The translations under genes and the position numbers were made by a program. Shown piece after piece: positions 9,316 to 18,264 of a DNA stretch of 64,000 nucleotides. The stretch is from an uncultured virus (IMG/VR IMGVR_UViG_3300011114_000961) (taxonomy: Duplodnaviria; Heunggongvirae; Uroviricota; Caudoviricetes). The stretch covers positions 1 through 64,000 of IMG/VR virus record IMGVR_UViG_3300011114_000961. One strand, written 5' to 3'. How positions within the stretch are numbered: position 1 is the stretch's first letter; every line of letters begins with the position of its first letter. The notes under the pieces were generated by a model that was not told where the DNA came from, did not search any database, and saw only the letters and a list, made by a program, of their open reading frames with translations.

Positions 9316-9458
9316 TGTTGCAGAAAAACCACACAAAAACCCTACCAAAAGTAGGGTTTTTTTGCTGAAAAATGTCGCAAAAAACCCACAATTTTCTGGT
9401 TGACCGCTATTGCCCAAACTGCTATAATACACACATGTTCAGCAAAAAGGAAGCCAAA
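9316..9458 (+). promoter_or_regulatory. regulatory cassette copy 1: two TGTYG-N8-CCACA boxes, hairpin, promoter 9400-9428, SD
   Basis: boxes at 9316 and 9373; AAAAACCCTAC-CAAAA-GTAGGGTTTTT hairpin; TTGACC-N17-TATAAT. Confidence 0.8.
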
Positions 9459-9737
9459 ATGAGCTACTACATTATCGCCAAAGGCACTGGTCTTATTGTG
9501 TCTGATGGTCCTAACCGCACTCGTAGTTACAAGACTTTTGGTGCTGCCCGCGCCACTCGCACTCGTCTTTGCCGCAAATCGGGTTGGAGTGCTGGTGAAC
9601 TGAATATCATTGATACACGGTTCTACAAACCCCACATGGTGACTCGCAAGAACCTGATGAGCGGTGTGGAGTTCCAAGAGGACGTGAACACACCTTACTT
9701 CTGCTCGCCTTCCAGCGAAACTTATTGGAGCATGTGA
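9459..9737 (+). CDS. hypothetical protein
   Basis: AAGGA SD; alternative in-frame ATG at 9435. Confidence 0.75.
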   Translation: MSYYIIAKGTGLIVSDGPNRTRSYKTFGAARATRTRLCRKSGWSAGELNIIDTRFYKPHMVTRKNLMSGVEFQEDVNTPYFCSPSSETYWSM

Positions 9738-9738
9738 T

Positions 9739-9942
9739 ATGACTACAGTGACACAACGCGGTGCTACCAGCACCGTCACCGGACCCAACGGTGTGTACAA
9801 AGTACACAAACACACCACCAAACGTAACAAGTGGCAAATATTTCGGTTTGAAGCAAATCGAAAAAAACTGGTTGCAACTGAACATTGGCACGGGCGACCC
9901 GGTGCTATTTGGCAGGCCATTAATTTGGCATCAGGGTATTGA
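9739..9942 (+). CDS. hypothetical protein
   Basis: GGAG SD. Confidence 0.65.
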   Translation: MTTVTQRGATSTVTGPNGVYKVHKHTTKRNKWQIFRFEANRKKLVATEHWHGRPGAIWQAINLASGY

Positions 9943-9955
9943 TCGTTGTCGACGG

Positions 9956-9984
9956 TTGACCAGAAATCACCGTTCTGCTATAAT
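9956..9984 (+). promoter_or_regulatory. sigma70-type early promoter
   Basis: TTGACC-N17-TATAAT. Confidence 0.85.
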
Positions 9985-10010
9985 ACATTTATCGCAACAA
10001 GGAGCACCAG

Positions 10011-10232
10011 ATGGGTTATACTGTAGTGGCTGATCGTTCGGAAACAGACCAAATGCGTGTCAAATATGGCCCACGCAAAGGCCTAGAAGGGCCGTTCAAC
10101 TTCTCAGGTCGTGTGCTGTACTACGATGTCAAAGAAGGCGCCTACTACGATCCCGCCACTGACTTCTACGTGAGTCAGGCGGAGATGGACATCATCAACA
10201 CTGCCTTTATGGAAAGGTTTAAGAAAATATGA
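10011..10232 (+). CDS. hypothetical phage protein
   Basis: AAGGAG SD; GLEGPF..GRVLYYDVKEGAYYDP. Confidence 0.75.
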   Translation: MGYTVVADRSETDQMRVKYGPRKGLEGPFNFSGRVLYYDVKEGAYYDPATDFYVSQAEMDIINTAFMERFKKI

Positions 10233-10390
10233 TTTGGGCCATTGCAATCATCGGCGGCATGTACGCCAGCAATGTGAGCTATGTGGGGCAGTTTGAACAA
10301 GAAGCGGCCTGTAACAAAGCAGCTCAAGAACTCAGAACACAGAACTTGAGCAGCATCAAGGTGGTGTGTGTGCAGATGCCCAAAAAATAG
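10229..10390 (+). CDS. small exported protein (53 aa)
   Basis: MIWAIAIIGG...FEQEAAC...VCV; ATGA overlap. Confidence 0.6.
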   Translation: MIWAIAIIGGMYASNVSYVGQFEQEAACNKAAQELRTQNLSSIKVVCVQMPKK

Positions 10391-10410
10391 TGAAAAATCA
10401 GCCCGGATTT

Positions 10411-10540
10411 TGTTGCATAAAAACAACAGAAATTGTTGCGAAAAACCCACACAAAATCCTGGGTTTTTGGGACAAAAACGGTTGACCAGAATCGCTAGAT
10501 CGGCTATAATATACACATGTTCAGCAAAAAGGAGTCCCAA
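10411..10540 (+). promoter_or_regulatory. regulatory cassette copy 2: two TGTTG-N8-CMACA boxes, promoter 10482-10510, SD
   Basis: boxes at 10411 and 10434; TTGACC-N17-TATAAT; ACACATGTTCAGCAAAAAGGA shared with copy 1. Confidence 0.8.
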
Positions 10541-10819
10541 ATGTCCACAGCAACTTACCAAGCACTAACCGAGCAAGAAAAGCGTCAAGTCCGCATGTAC
10601 GGCGTGACCGAAGCAGGCATGCGTGAAGCAGTGGAATCTAGCATCACTTTCCGTTTCAGTGGCCCTGCTATGATGGCTGCAAGCCTCATGAGCGATGCCC
10701 AGGAAATGATCAGTACCGAATACGGCGAAGTTGATAGCATGCGAGCCGAAGATGCCCGTCAATGTCTGAATCGTGCCAAGTGGATCCTGTTTGAATATGT
10801 TATGAAGGACGGAGAATAA
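10541..10819 (+). CDS. hypothetical protein
   Basis: AAGGAG SD; alternative in-frame ATG at 10517. Confidence 0.75.
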   Translation: MSTATYQALTEQEKRQVRMYGVTEAGMREAVESSITFRFSGPAMMAASLMSDAQEMISTEYGEVDSMRAEDARQCLNRAKWILFEYVMKDGE

Positions 10820-10821
10820 TC

Positions 10822-11061
10822 ATGCAAGTTTTCCAACTGATCGAACAATTGATGGATCTGGACCCTAATGCCGAAGTGCATTTCAGTTACAACTATGGTG
10901 ATCACTGGCGCACCCGGGTCGCTCCTGCGGCATCCGAAGTGTTCGAAGGTGTGGTCAAGTACAGTGAATATCATCGTGTAGACAAGCTCTTGGACGAGAA
11001 TGACATGTACGAAGATGAAGGCGACTTTGAAGGTACTCGCCGTGTGGTAGTTTTAGGTTGA
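10822..11061 (+). CDS. hypothetical protein
   Basis: GGAG SD. Confidence 0.75.
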   Translation: MQVFQLIEQLMDLDPNAEVHFSYNYGDHWRTRVAPAASEVFEGVVKYSEYHRVDKLLDENDMYEDEGDFEGTRRVVVLG

Positions 11062-11086
11062 CCGGTATTGTCCGAACTGCTATAAT
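11058..11086 (+). promoter_or_regulatory. sigma70-type early promoter
   Basis: TTGACC-N17-TATAAT. Confidence 0.85.
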
Positions 11087-11116
11087 ACAAACATCACCAA
11101 CTAACTGGAGTAAAAA

Positions 11117-11578
11117 ATGGGTACACGTAGTCGAATTGGCGTTATGCATGGTGAAAAGTGCAAATCAGTTTACTGTCATTGGGACGGATATCTAGCACAC
11201 AACGGCGCTATCTTGCAAGAGCATTATGACAGTGCCAAGGCCAACCATCTTGTGGCCATGGGCAATCTTAGTTCGTTGGGCCGAGTAATTGGTGAAGCAC
11301 ATCCGTTCAGCCCGCACACCAGTGCCGAAGACAAGGCCCTGTACGAACACGCTCAGGATCAAGGTTACTGCACGTTTTACATGCGCGATCGCGGCGAGAA
11401 GGATCAAGAGTTCCAAGTGGCTCACACGTTTGATCAGTTCCTAGCACAGGTATACAACTGCGGCGCTGAGTATTACTACATCATGCGAGACGGTGTTTGG
11501 TATTGTGGTTGTCCCGATAAGGGTAGCCGATTGGTTGAACTGTCAGAAGCATTGGCAGCACAAAAGGAAACAGCATGA
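11117..11578 (+). CDS. conserved phage hypothetical protein
   Basis: MGTRSRIG...YCHWDGY...EYYY motif typical of phage early proteins. Confidence 0.8.
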   Translation: MGTRSRIGVMHGEKCKSVYCHWDGYLAHNGAILQEHYDSAKANHLVAMGNLSSLGRVIGEAHPFSPHTSAEDKALYEHAQDQGYCTFYMRDRGEKDQEFQVAHTFDQFLAQVYNCGAEYYYIMRDGVWYCGCPDKGSRLVELSEALAAQKETA

Positions 11579-11724
11579 GCAAGATAAAAGATCTAACCTA
11601 CGACATTGAGCAACTGTACATCGAGGGCTACAGTCCACGAAGCATTTCGGTCATGCTGGAGTGCCCCATTGAAGTGGTTTATGGTTGGTTGGAACAACAC
11701 AGCCTTGAAGGAATTGAAGGATAA
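11575..11724 (+). CDS. small HTH-like protein (49 aa)
   Basis: LYIEGYSPRSISVMLECPIEVVYGW; AAGGA SD; ATGA overlap. Confidence 0.6.
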   Translation: MSKIKDLTYDIEQLYIEGYSPRSISVMLECPIEVVYGWLEQHSLEGIEG

Positions 11725-11725
11725 T

Positions 11726-11884
11726 ATGATGAATGCAACACTGGGATTAGTTTTGTTGTTGATTGGTGCAGGCGGAATTGACTCCAGCCCAACTGATGCA
11801 GGACTTTTTACTTCCATAATTGTGAGCATTGTGGGCCTGGTATTTTTCTGGGTGGGTACTAATCAAATGGTGCATGACAAATGA
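11726..11884 (+). CDS. small two-TM membrane protein
   Basis: AAGGA SD; two hydrophobic stretches. Confidence 0.6.
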   Translation: MMNATLGLVLLLIGAGGIDSSPTDAGLFTSIIVSIVGLVFFWVGTNQMVHDK

Positions 11885-12234
11885 GTGGCTGGAATACAAT
11901 TCAAACAATTCGCAAGTTAGAAGAACGTGCTGATCTTCTAGGAATGAAATTCACAGCATATAGGCACGACGATCGGTGGGGAGAAAATGTTGCATTAGTG
12001 CCTAAGGATCCTGATGCATTGCCTATCTACAGCCGTGATGCACAATTGTTTGTTGGTTCATTAGAACATGCCGACAGGTTTATGCAAGGTGTATTATGGG
12101 CACGAGAATACGACCGTATGACCATTGATCGGAACCTTGACAAAAAGCGTGAACGCAAAGAACAGGATGAGCGTAATCAGCAAATGGCAAAAACGCTGAA
12201 AAATGGCAAGATGCCTACCTTGGTAAAAACATAA
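11881..12234 (+). CDS. hypothetical protein
   Basis: ATGA overlap. Confidence 0.75.
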   Translation: MSGWNTIQTIRKLEERADLLGMKFTAYRHDDRWGENVALVPKDPDALPIYSRDAQLFVGSLEHADRFMQGVLWAREYDRMTIDRNLDKKRERKEQDERNQQMAKTLKNGKMPTLVKT

Positions 12235-12243
12235 GGAATTGAT

Positions 12244-12372
12244 ATGACCAAATTCATCGTGGGATTCGTATTGGGATTGGTGGTGGCTTCGGTTGGTTTT
12301 ACGGGCCTGGCCCGAATGGCTGATCATGGAGTGGAATCCATCAAATCAAATGCTCAGGAATTGAGCAAATAA
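12244..12372 (+). CDS. small membrane-anchored protein (42 aa)
   Basis: TAAGGA SD; MTKFIVGFVLGLVVA. Confidence 0.6.
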   Translation: MTKFIVGFVLGLVVASVGFTGLARMADHGVESIKSNAQELSK

Positions 12373-12395
12373 AAGATCTAAATAGCACAAAGTGG

Positions 12396-12424
12396 TTGAC
12401 CTCTATTCCACCTTGTGTTATACT
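12396..12424 (+). promoter_or_regulatory. sigma70-type promoter
   Basis: TTGACC-N17-TATACT. Confidence 0.8.
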
Positions 12425-12483
12425 TTAGATATGCTGCAAACACAGCATGATTTTTTAACAACAGGCAACTAGAAAGGCAACTT

Positions 12484-12852
12484 ATGTCAAATGAAAAAAC
12501 TTTTACCGTAGCAGGTACCGCAACCAACGCTGATGGCACCGCCAAGGCTCGTTTCGCTAACGACCTAGTGGCTCGCGTCAAGATCCTAAACAAGGCAGGA
12601 TGTACCAATATCAACTTGGTTGAATTGCCCCGTGCAATGACCAAGCTGGAAGCTCTGCAACACCTGCAGACCTTGGGCATCACTGATGGTGAGGCCGGCT
12701 TTGCTGTGGCTAACAAGCTGGCAGAGAAAAGCAAGATCGCCAAGAAAGGCGAAGTCAAAGTGCAGGCCAGCGCCGGCGTCAAAGCCAAGAGCTCTGCCAA
12801 AGGCGTGACTGCCAAGCAGATTTTAGATGCAGTGAGCTCTCCTGCAGCCTAA
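12484..12852 (+). CDS. basic Ala/Lys-rich hypothetical protein
   Basis: own promoter and terminator; K/A-rich tail. Confidence 0.8.
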   Translation: MSNEKTFTVAGTATNADGTAKARFANDLVARVKILNKAGCTNINLVELPRAMTKLEALQHLQTLGITDGEAGFAVANKLAEKSKIAKKGEVKVQASAGVKAKSSAKGVTAKQILDAVSSPAA

Positions 12853-12874
12853 ACGCAACTTTGCGTCAGTCAGC

Positions 12875-12898
12875 AAGCGGCCTTAATGGCCGCTTTTT
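12875..12898 (+). terminator. intrinsic terminator
   Basis: AAGCGGCC-TTAAT-GGCCGCTTTTT. Confidence 0.85.
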
Positions 12899-12906
12899 CG
12901 TTTTGA

Positions 12907-13170
12907 ATGATAATTAATTGTATGCAAGACCCCGAACAATACAAAGACAAAATCCACGAGACCATGATCAACCTGATGGCAGTGCTGTACGACATTGGCA
13001 TTAGAAAAATACACACAGGTGCCATCATGCGGTTGCTGGGAGTAGAAAATGAAACGGCTGCTGAATACGATGATTCCTTTATTGAATTGGATGAAAGATT
13101 TCCTGTAATATTCAGTCAAGTAAATAACATCGAGCCCACTCCGCCCCCACCGGGAACCACTTTCCACTAA
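12907..13170 (+). CDS. hypothetical protein (start may be 12922)
   Basis: ORF in operon. Confidence 0.65.
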   Translation: MIINCMQDPEQYKDKIHETMINLMAVLYDIGIRKIHTGAIMRLLGVENETAAEYDDSFIELDERFPVIFSQVNNIEPTPPPPGTTFH

Positions 13171-13419
13171 ATGTCCATAGCCAGTTATCGCGCAGTCGAA
13201 CCACTGTACATTATAATTTTGCACAATCAAAAACAAGCAGAATCAGTATTTCGTTCTTGGATACGTGATAACAAAATTGATCACGCACATGCCACAGGCA
13301 ATAGAATGATGTTGCATGAACAACGTGCGTTTGAACAGTTCAAGCTCACATGGAGTCATGACATATCAAACTTGACCATATGGGATACTTGGCTTCGTCG
13401 ACACATATATCTCGACTGA
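13171..13419 (+). CDS. hypothetical protein with internal F-K-L-T-W-S motif
   Basis: FRSWIRDN...AFEQFKLTWS, possibly a distant relative of the array family. Confidence 0.65.
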   Translation: MSIASYRAVEPLYIIILHNQKQAESVFRSWIRDNKIDHAHATGNRMMLHEQRAFEQFKLTWSHDISNLTIWDTWLRRHIYLD

Positions 13420-13447
13420 GCAAGAGTGCCAAATCCAGGTGATTTTA

Positions 13448-13476
13448 TTGACAACCCGGCAGCAGGCCAGTATAAT
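13448..13476 (+). promoter_or_regulatory. consensus sigma70 promoter
   Basis: TTGACA-N17-TATAAT. Confidence 0.85.
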
Positions 13477-13482
13477 TACTGT

Positions 13483-13734
13483 ATGATAATAAACTTCATT
13501 GCACCAGGTAAAGAGATCAAACAATATACTTGGCATGAGGCTTTGTCGGCTGCTGGTGCCACACAAACTGATCATCCAATGATACAAGACCAATTGTTGG
13601 AAGATTGGATTGGCGACCGCCGCAGTCGTGTTATCGAATTTAATGTACACAGCTACAGTGCCGAACTGGAACGGGCTGCTGCTGATAACATAGCCATCGT
13701 CATAATCAAGGAGAACCCAAATGACCAATCATGA
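13483..13734 (+). CDS. hypothetical protein
   Basis: ATG 6 nt after the -10 box. Confidence 0.55.
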   Translation: MIINFIAPGKEIKQYTWHEALSAAGATQTDHPMIQDQLLEDWIGDRRSRVIEFNVHSYSAELERAAADNIAIVIIKENPNDQS

Positions 13735-13909
13735 ACAAATCGTCGCTGCTTACGAATCTTACATTGCCGAAAACGAAAAATTCACAGGCAAAGGTGTCAA
13801 GGCTGCTGCTGCCAGAGCAAGAAAAGCCCTGCAAGAAATGAGCAAAGGCATCAAAGAACGCCGCAAAGAAATCACCGCAGAAAAAGAAGCCCTAGCTGTC
13901 AAGGTGTAA
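13721..13909 (+). CDS. histone H1-like Hc1 family protein
   Basis: ENEKFTGKGVKAAAARARKALQEMSKGIKERRKEI; AAGGAG SD. Confidence 0.8.
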   Translation: MTNHEQIVAAYESYIAENEKFTGKGVKAAAARARKALQEMSKGIKERRKEITAEKEALAVKV

Positions 13910-13910
13910 T

Positions 13911-14477
13911 ATGACCGTGGCTGTTTCATTAAAAGACCCTTCGACGGAAGAGCTATCTGAAAAGCTAAACATCCAGCTGGAAAAAATGCGTGATTTGGCC
14001 AAACAGGCTGTGGACAATCCTGTGCAAATAAGCTCAATCGATTGGGGCGATGCTAATGTTACCATTAGCGGTGGAACCAGCTCAGCAACTGGTGCAGTAT
14101 GGGATACAAATCCAGTAGTTTCTCTAGCAGGCGGCTCAGGCGCTGGTGCTTATTATAGTAACAATACTATTAACACCATTGGTGTAGCTGGCAGCGGCGG
14201 CACATACACAATTGGCGGCGTTTACGGTAACAAACCCAGTACTATAATTTCTGTAGAAGGTAAAGATGCAGACATCAAGATCAATGGCAAGAGCATGACT
14301 GAGTGGATGGAACGGGTAGAAGAGCGATTGAACATACTCACGCCCAACGCCGAGTTAGAAAAAGATTGGGATGACCTACGCCGACTGGGCGAACGATATA
14401 AGAAACTGGAGAAGAAATGCAAAGAGAAAGCCCTGATGTGGGAAACATTGAAAAAAATGCCAAAAGTAAAAGTATGA
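13911..14477 (+). CDS. hypothetical protein
   Basis: Gly/Thr-rich middle, coiled-coil C-terminus. Confidence 0.7.
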   Translation: MTVAVSLKDPSTEELSEKLNIQLEKMRDLAKQAVDNPVQISSIDWGDANVTISGGTSSATGAVWDTNPVVSLAGGSGAGAYYSNNTINTIGVAGSGGTYTIGGVYGNKPSTIISVEGKDADIKINGKSMTEWMERVEERLNILTPNAELEKDWDDLRRLGERYKKLEKKCKEKALMWETLKKMPKVKV

Positions 14478-15253
14478 CACCTAAACAACGTGTTACCACT
14501 ATTGTGAAGTGGATCAAAAGTTATGCCCGGAGTGCCAAAATTAACACGTTGGTAGTGGGAGTATCAGGTGGCATTGATTCTGCTGTGGTCAGTACCTTGT
14601 GTGCAATGACTGGACTGGATGTACATGCAGTCAGCATGCCCATACGCCAAAGTAAAAAAACTCATAGTCTCAGTGTTGCTCACGGCGCCTGGCTGGCGGA
14701 ACGATTCCCCAACAACGTGCTACACAAAACAATTGATCTCACCCCGGCCTTCAAACAGTTTGAAAAAGCCACAGAGGACGGTGTGTACAATGAACTGGCC
14801 TATGCCAACAGTCGTGCTAGACTACGCATGATGACCCTGTATCAGATTGCACAAAGCCAGCGGGGTATTGTGGTGGGCACAGGCAATCGAGTGGAAGACT
14901 TTGGTGTGGGCTTCTTTACCAAATACGGCGATGGTGGTGTGGACATCAGCCCCATTGGCGACTGCATGAAAACAGAGGTGTGGGCCATGGGTCGTGAACT
15001 GGGACTGTTGCAGTCAATCATCGATGCACCGCCCACAGATGGATTGTGGGAGGATGGTCGCACCGATGAGGATCAACTGGGCATGACCTATCCTGAACTG
15101 GAACAGGCCATGCTTCAAGACACCGGTTTTTTTCTCCCCCATATCACTCCTCAAGAGAAAAAAAATCTTCGTCGCTACCGTGAGATTCGCGCAACAAATT
15201 TGCACAAGATGTTGCCAATACCGGTTTGCAAATTCGACCAGTCTGTGTTATAA
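14474..15253 (+). CDS. nadE: NH3-dependent NAD+ synthetase
   Basis: GVSGGIDS, NSRARLRM, GTGN, FFTKYGDGGVD, PPTDGLW, DEDQLG. Confidence 0.95.
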   Translation: MTPKQRVTTIVKWIKSYARSAKINTLVVGVSGGIDSAVVSTLCAMTGLDVHAVSMPIRQSKKTHSLSVAHGAWLAERFPNNVLHKTIDLTPAFKQFEKATEDGVYNELAYANSRARLRMMTLYQIAQSQRGIVVGTGNRVEDFGVGFFTKYGDGGVDISPIGDCMKTEVWAMGRELGLLQSIIDAPPTDGLWEDGRTDEDQLGMTYPELEQAMLQDTGFFLPHITPQEKKNLRRYREIRATNLHKMLPIPVCKFDQSVL

Positions 15254-15254
15254 T
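15226..15254 (+). promoter_or_regulatory. sigma70-type promoter
   Basis: TTGCAA-N17-TATAAT. Confidence 0.65.
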
Positions 15255-15334
15255 ACACAGTGGATCGGCCGAAACCATACTGTTTTTGCCCGATCTTTCG
15301 GGTGATTTTGCCCATTTCATTAAGTAACACTACC

Positions 15335-15907
15335 ATGAAAGCAAATCAAATATCCCTTTTGGCACAACGCTACAGTTCATATCTACTCAAAGTCCTAGGA
15401 CTGATTGCAGTGGTCTATGTGGTGTACGTGGTGACCAATAATCGACTCAATGCCCTGCGTGAACAACCAGATGGTCTATCCGCAACTTATATCAGTGCAG
15501 CACAACGCACCCGAGAACTGGAATGCCTCACAAGAAACATCTATTGGGAAGCTGCCAACGAACCGTTTGAAGGCAAGGTGGGTGTGGCGCAGGTCACTCT
15601 GAACCGTGTGGACTCTGGACGTTTTGCCAATTCTGTATGTGCAGTGGTATATCAGAAAAACGTATTCTACGAAAAAGTAGTGTGCCAATTCAGCTGGTTC
15701 TGTGAATCAGGACATCCTGGCAAAGCCATACACCGACCCCTGTGGAGGGAAAGTGAGGAAGTGGCCAAAAAAGTGTTGTTGGAAGGATTCCGCTTGCCGG
15801 GACTGAAAAACGCACTGTACTATCACGCTGACTACGTGAATCCGGGTTGGAACAAACCCAAATTAGAGAAAATTGGACATCATATCTTTTACGGAGAAAA
15901 AACATGA
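15335..15907 (+). CDS. cell wall hydrolase, SleB/Hydrolase_2 family, membrane-anchored
   Basis: CLTRNIYWEA, VAQVTLNRV, CQFSW, YYHADYVNPGW, IGHHIFY. Confidence 0.9.
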   Translation: MKANQISLLAQRYSSYLLKVLGLIAVVYVVYVVTNNRLNALREQPDGLSATYISAAQRTRELECLTRNIYWEAANEPFEGKVGVAQVTLNRVDSGRFANSVCAVVYQKNVFYEKVVCQFSWFCESGHPGKAIHRPLWRESEEVAKKVLLEGFRLPGLKNALYYHADYVNPGWNKPKLEKIGHHIFYGEKT

Positions 15908-16206
15908 TATTTGCATCTCGTTCTATTATTGACTGGTTGGGTGAACACTTGCCCAGATTGAGTGCAGAAACTTTAGGATGGTTATCAGCCATAGTGTTAC
16001 ATGCTGCTACTGTGCCCACTTTGCTGGCTCTGATGACAGGACTCAGTGATCGAACACCTAGTTTGGACGTGATATTGTTCTTGTGGGCTGGACTGGTCTT
16101 GTTGTTCATGCGAGCGGTGGTGCTCAAAGACATGTTGAATATCATCACTGTGGGCTCGGGATTTATTGTGCAAGCCGTTTTGATGGCGCTGATCCTGTTC
16201 AAATAA
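15904..16206 (+). CDS. three-TM membrane protein
   Basis: hydrophobic segments; GGAG SD; ATGA overlap. Confidence 0.75.
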   Translation: MIFASRSIIDWLGEHLPRLSAETLGWLSAIVLHAATVPTLLALMTGLSDRTPSLDVILFLWAGLVLLFMRAVVLKDMLNIITVGSGFIVQAVLMALILFK

Positions 16207-16209
16207 CGG

Positions 16210-16238
16210 TTGACCGGTAATTTGAGCTGTGCTATAAT
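16210..16238 (+). promoter_or_regulatory. sigma70-type early promoter heading the array operon
   Basis: TTGACC-N17-TATAAT. Confidence 0.85.
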
Positions 16239-16264
16239 AAGCACATGACTACCAGGAGATCTTT

Positions 16265-16657
16265 ATGACCATGCACATGTGCGGCCCTGCGCTGAGCCTC
16301 AATGGCAAGAAGAAGGGTAAATTCAAATACCGTAATGCTGCTGAAGCTCGCAAGGCTCGTGAACTCGAAGCTGACTGGAAACAACTGCTGAAACGTCAAG
16401 GTGTGGCTGCAGAAGAAAAGAAGCGTCGTCGTGCTCTAGCAGCAGAACCCTTGGTTTACAATTTGACTGGTGCCACAGATCGTGCAGGTACTGCTCACAT
16501 TCCCAGTCTTGGCACCGGCGGTGGTGTGGCAGCGTTGGCACCTGCCAAAGTGTATACAGGCACCAAGGTCAAAGGCATTGCTACCATGCACAAGAGCAAT
16601 GCTGTGCCTGTGTTCAGCGACGAAGAAGCAATTGACATATCCAAGATGCGGCGATGA
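16265..16657 (+). CDS. basic conserved phage hypothetical protein
   Basis: AGGAG SD; YTGTKVKGIATMHKSNAVPVF...ISKMRR. Confidence 0.8.
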   Translation: MTMHMCGPALSLNGKKKGKFKYRNAAEARKARELEADWKQLLKRQGVAAEEKKRRRALAAEPLVYNLTGATDRAGTAHIPSLGTGGGVAALAPAKVYTGTKVKGIATMHKSNAVPVFSDEEAIDISKMRR

Positions 16658-16950
16658 GTAACGCTATATTGACTCCACAACAGATAACCAAAATGGCAAC
16701 ACAATGGATAGATGAAATCAACGTGAAACGCCTTGAAACTGGCTATGCTGAAAATCAACCTAAATGGCCCTATTGGATTCGACCATCAAACTACACTGAG
16801 GCAGAGTGGTGGGGCATGGACCAGTGGGTAATAGATACAATGGGAGAGTCTGATTGGTCAGTAGAACACGCTCGTTGGGTTGGCAGTAATTACAAGTATT
16901 GGTTCCGTGATGAACGGGACCGCACTTTGTTTTTGTTGAAGTGGTCATGA
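16654..16950 (+). CDS. array gene 1 (F-x-L-[RK]-W family)
   Basis: ends YWFRDERDRTLFLLKWS; ATGA overlaps at both ends. Confidence 0.8.
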   Translation: MSNAILTPQQITKMATQWIDEINVKRLETGYAENQPKWPYWIRPSNYTEAEWWGMDQWVIDTMGESDWSVEHARWVGSNYKYWFRDERDRTLFLLKWS

Positions 16951-17177
16951 CTTTGCCCAAGATTATACATCGTCCCGAGTTAGATAGATGGGATGTGCAT
17001 TTTAGCCTTACTACTCCGGGCAGTAATATAAAACAAGTGCATGAATGGTGCTGGGATACTTTTGGACCCAATGGATTTATTACACATACGCATGACCGTC
17101 ATTGGGATTATCTCGGTGGCTGGTTATACTTGTATAAAGAAAAGTATGTTACATTGTTTTTGTTGAGGTGGTCATGA
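16947..17177 (+). CDS. array gene 2
   Basis: EWCWDTFG...VTLFLLRWS. Confidence 0.8.
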   Translation: MTLPKIIHRPELDRWDVHFSLTTPGSNIKQVHEWCWDTFGPNGFITHTHDRHWDYLGGWLYLYKEKYVTLFLLRWS

Positions 17178-17368
17178 CCCTGATTGTTGACTACGGTATC
17201 AAACGAGTCAAGATGCCCTACAAAATTGTCCAAGGCAATAAGTGGCTTGAGGCAGATCGCTGGTGTACTAAGACTTTTAAATTTGGTGAACACCAAAGAG
17301 CCAACGGCTATTTTTACTTTAAAAAGCAAAAGCACCTGATGTTGTTCTTGCTGAAGTGGGGCGCATGA
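17174..17368 (+). CDS. array gene 3
   Basis: RWCTKTF...FYFKKQKHLMLFLLKWGA. Confidence 0.8.
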   Translation: MTLIVDYGIKRVKMPYKIVQGNKWLEADRWCTKTFKFGEHQRANGYFYFKKQKHLMLFLLKWGA

Positions 17369-17607
17369 ATAGCAAACAGCGTAGAAAAGAAAAACGTGAT
17401 ATTGACAAGAATTATCACAAGGTACATCTTACAGTACGCCCGGGAATGGATTGGACTGATTGGTGTGATCAAGTTGCGGAAATGGTTAGGTGGGTTAGTG
17501 AACATACTAGGCGTGATTGTTGTTTGCAAAAAAATGAGTGGGCCGGTAGTACATTCTATTTCTCGGACGCAAAAGATGCCACACATTTTACATTGAGATG
17601 GTCATGA
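17365..17607 (+). CDS. array gene 4
   Basis: RWVSEH...FYFSDAKDATHFTLRWS. Confidence 0.8.
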   Translation: MNSKQRRKEKRDIDKNYHKVHLTVRPGMDWTDWCDQVAEMVRWVSEHTRRDCCLQKNEWAGSTFYFSDAKDATHFTLRWS

Positions 17608-17804
17608 CAAAAGTAGAGAAAACATCATATCCAGGTTGGAACAATCATCCAGTTTACCGTTGTATGAAAACAGAAGATTGGCACGAAATTACTAGTTGGA
17701 TGTATAAAAATGATTGCAATCCTTTTCTATTGAGTTCAGGCAGCACAGGCTATGTGTTTCAAGTTAGAAAGAACCACGATTGGTTTCTGTTGAGGTGGTC
17801 ATGA
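17604..17804 (+). CDS. array gene 5
   Basis: SWMYKN...DWFLLRWS. Confidence 0.8.
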   Translation: MTKVEKTSYPGWNNHPVYRCMKTEDWHEITSWMYKNDCNPFLLSSGSTGYVFQVRKNHDWFLLRWS

Positions 17805-18016
17805 AATACCCGCAGCCAGAATGGCATATAGTCAGTGTGCCGGTACCCAATGATCCCAAAATCGCTTCAAATTATAAAGGATGGAGTCCCTGTATAGATT
17901 GGTGCTTTGAACAATTCGGTGGCCAGTCTGAGGATGGGTGGAGGTATCTTGGCGAAGGTGTGGTCGAGTTCCGCGATGAAAAACATGCTGCATGGTTCTT
18001 GTTGAGGTGGCTATGA
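17801..18016 (+). CDS. array gene 6
   Basis: DWCFEQFG...EFRDEKHAAWFLLRWL. Confidence 0.8.
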   Translation: MKYPQPEWHIVSVPVPNDPKIASNYKGWSPCIDWCFEQFGGQSEDGWRYLGEGVVEFRDEKHAAWFLLRWL

Positions 18017-18264
18017 TGGATATAGAACACAAATATCTTAATAAACTAACTAAAGATTTAGCTGATAGTATTGATACCGAAATACTATACAATGCTATGG
18101 GTTGGACTATTGTTAAAATACCAGATCCATGGTACATTCCTAGTGTGTCTAGTAATGTGAAAGATTGGTTAAAAGAAACTAAAATTGAATGTCATTGTTG
18201 GGACAGCAAGATTGCTTTCAAAGAAGGTAGTGATGCTACATTCTTTTTATTGAGGTGGACATGA
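18013..18264 (+). CDS. array gene 7
   Basis: DWLKET...AFKEGSDATFFLLRWT. Confidence 0.8.
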   Translation: MMDIEHKYLNKLTKDLADSIDTEILYNAMGWTIVKIPDPWYIPSVSSNVKDWLKETKIECHCWDSKIAFKEGSDATFFLLRWT

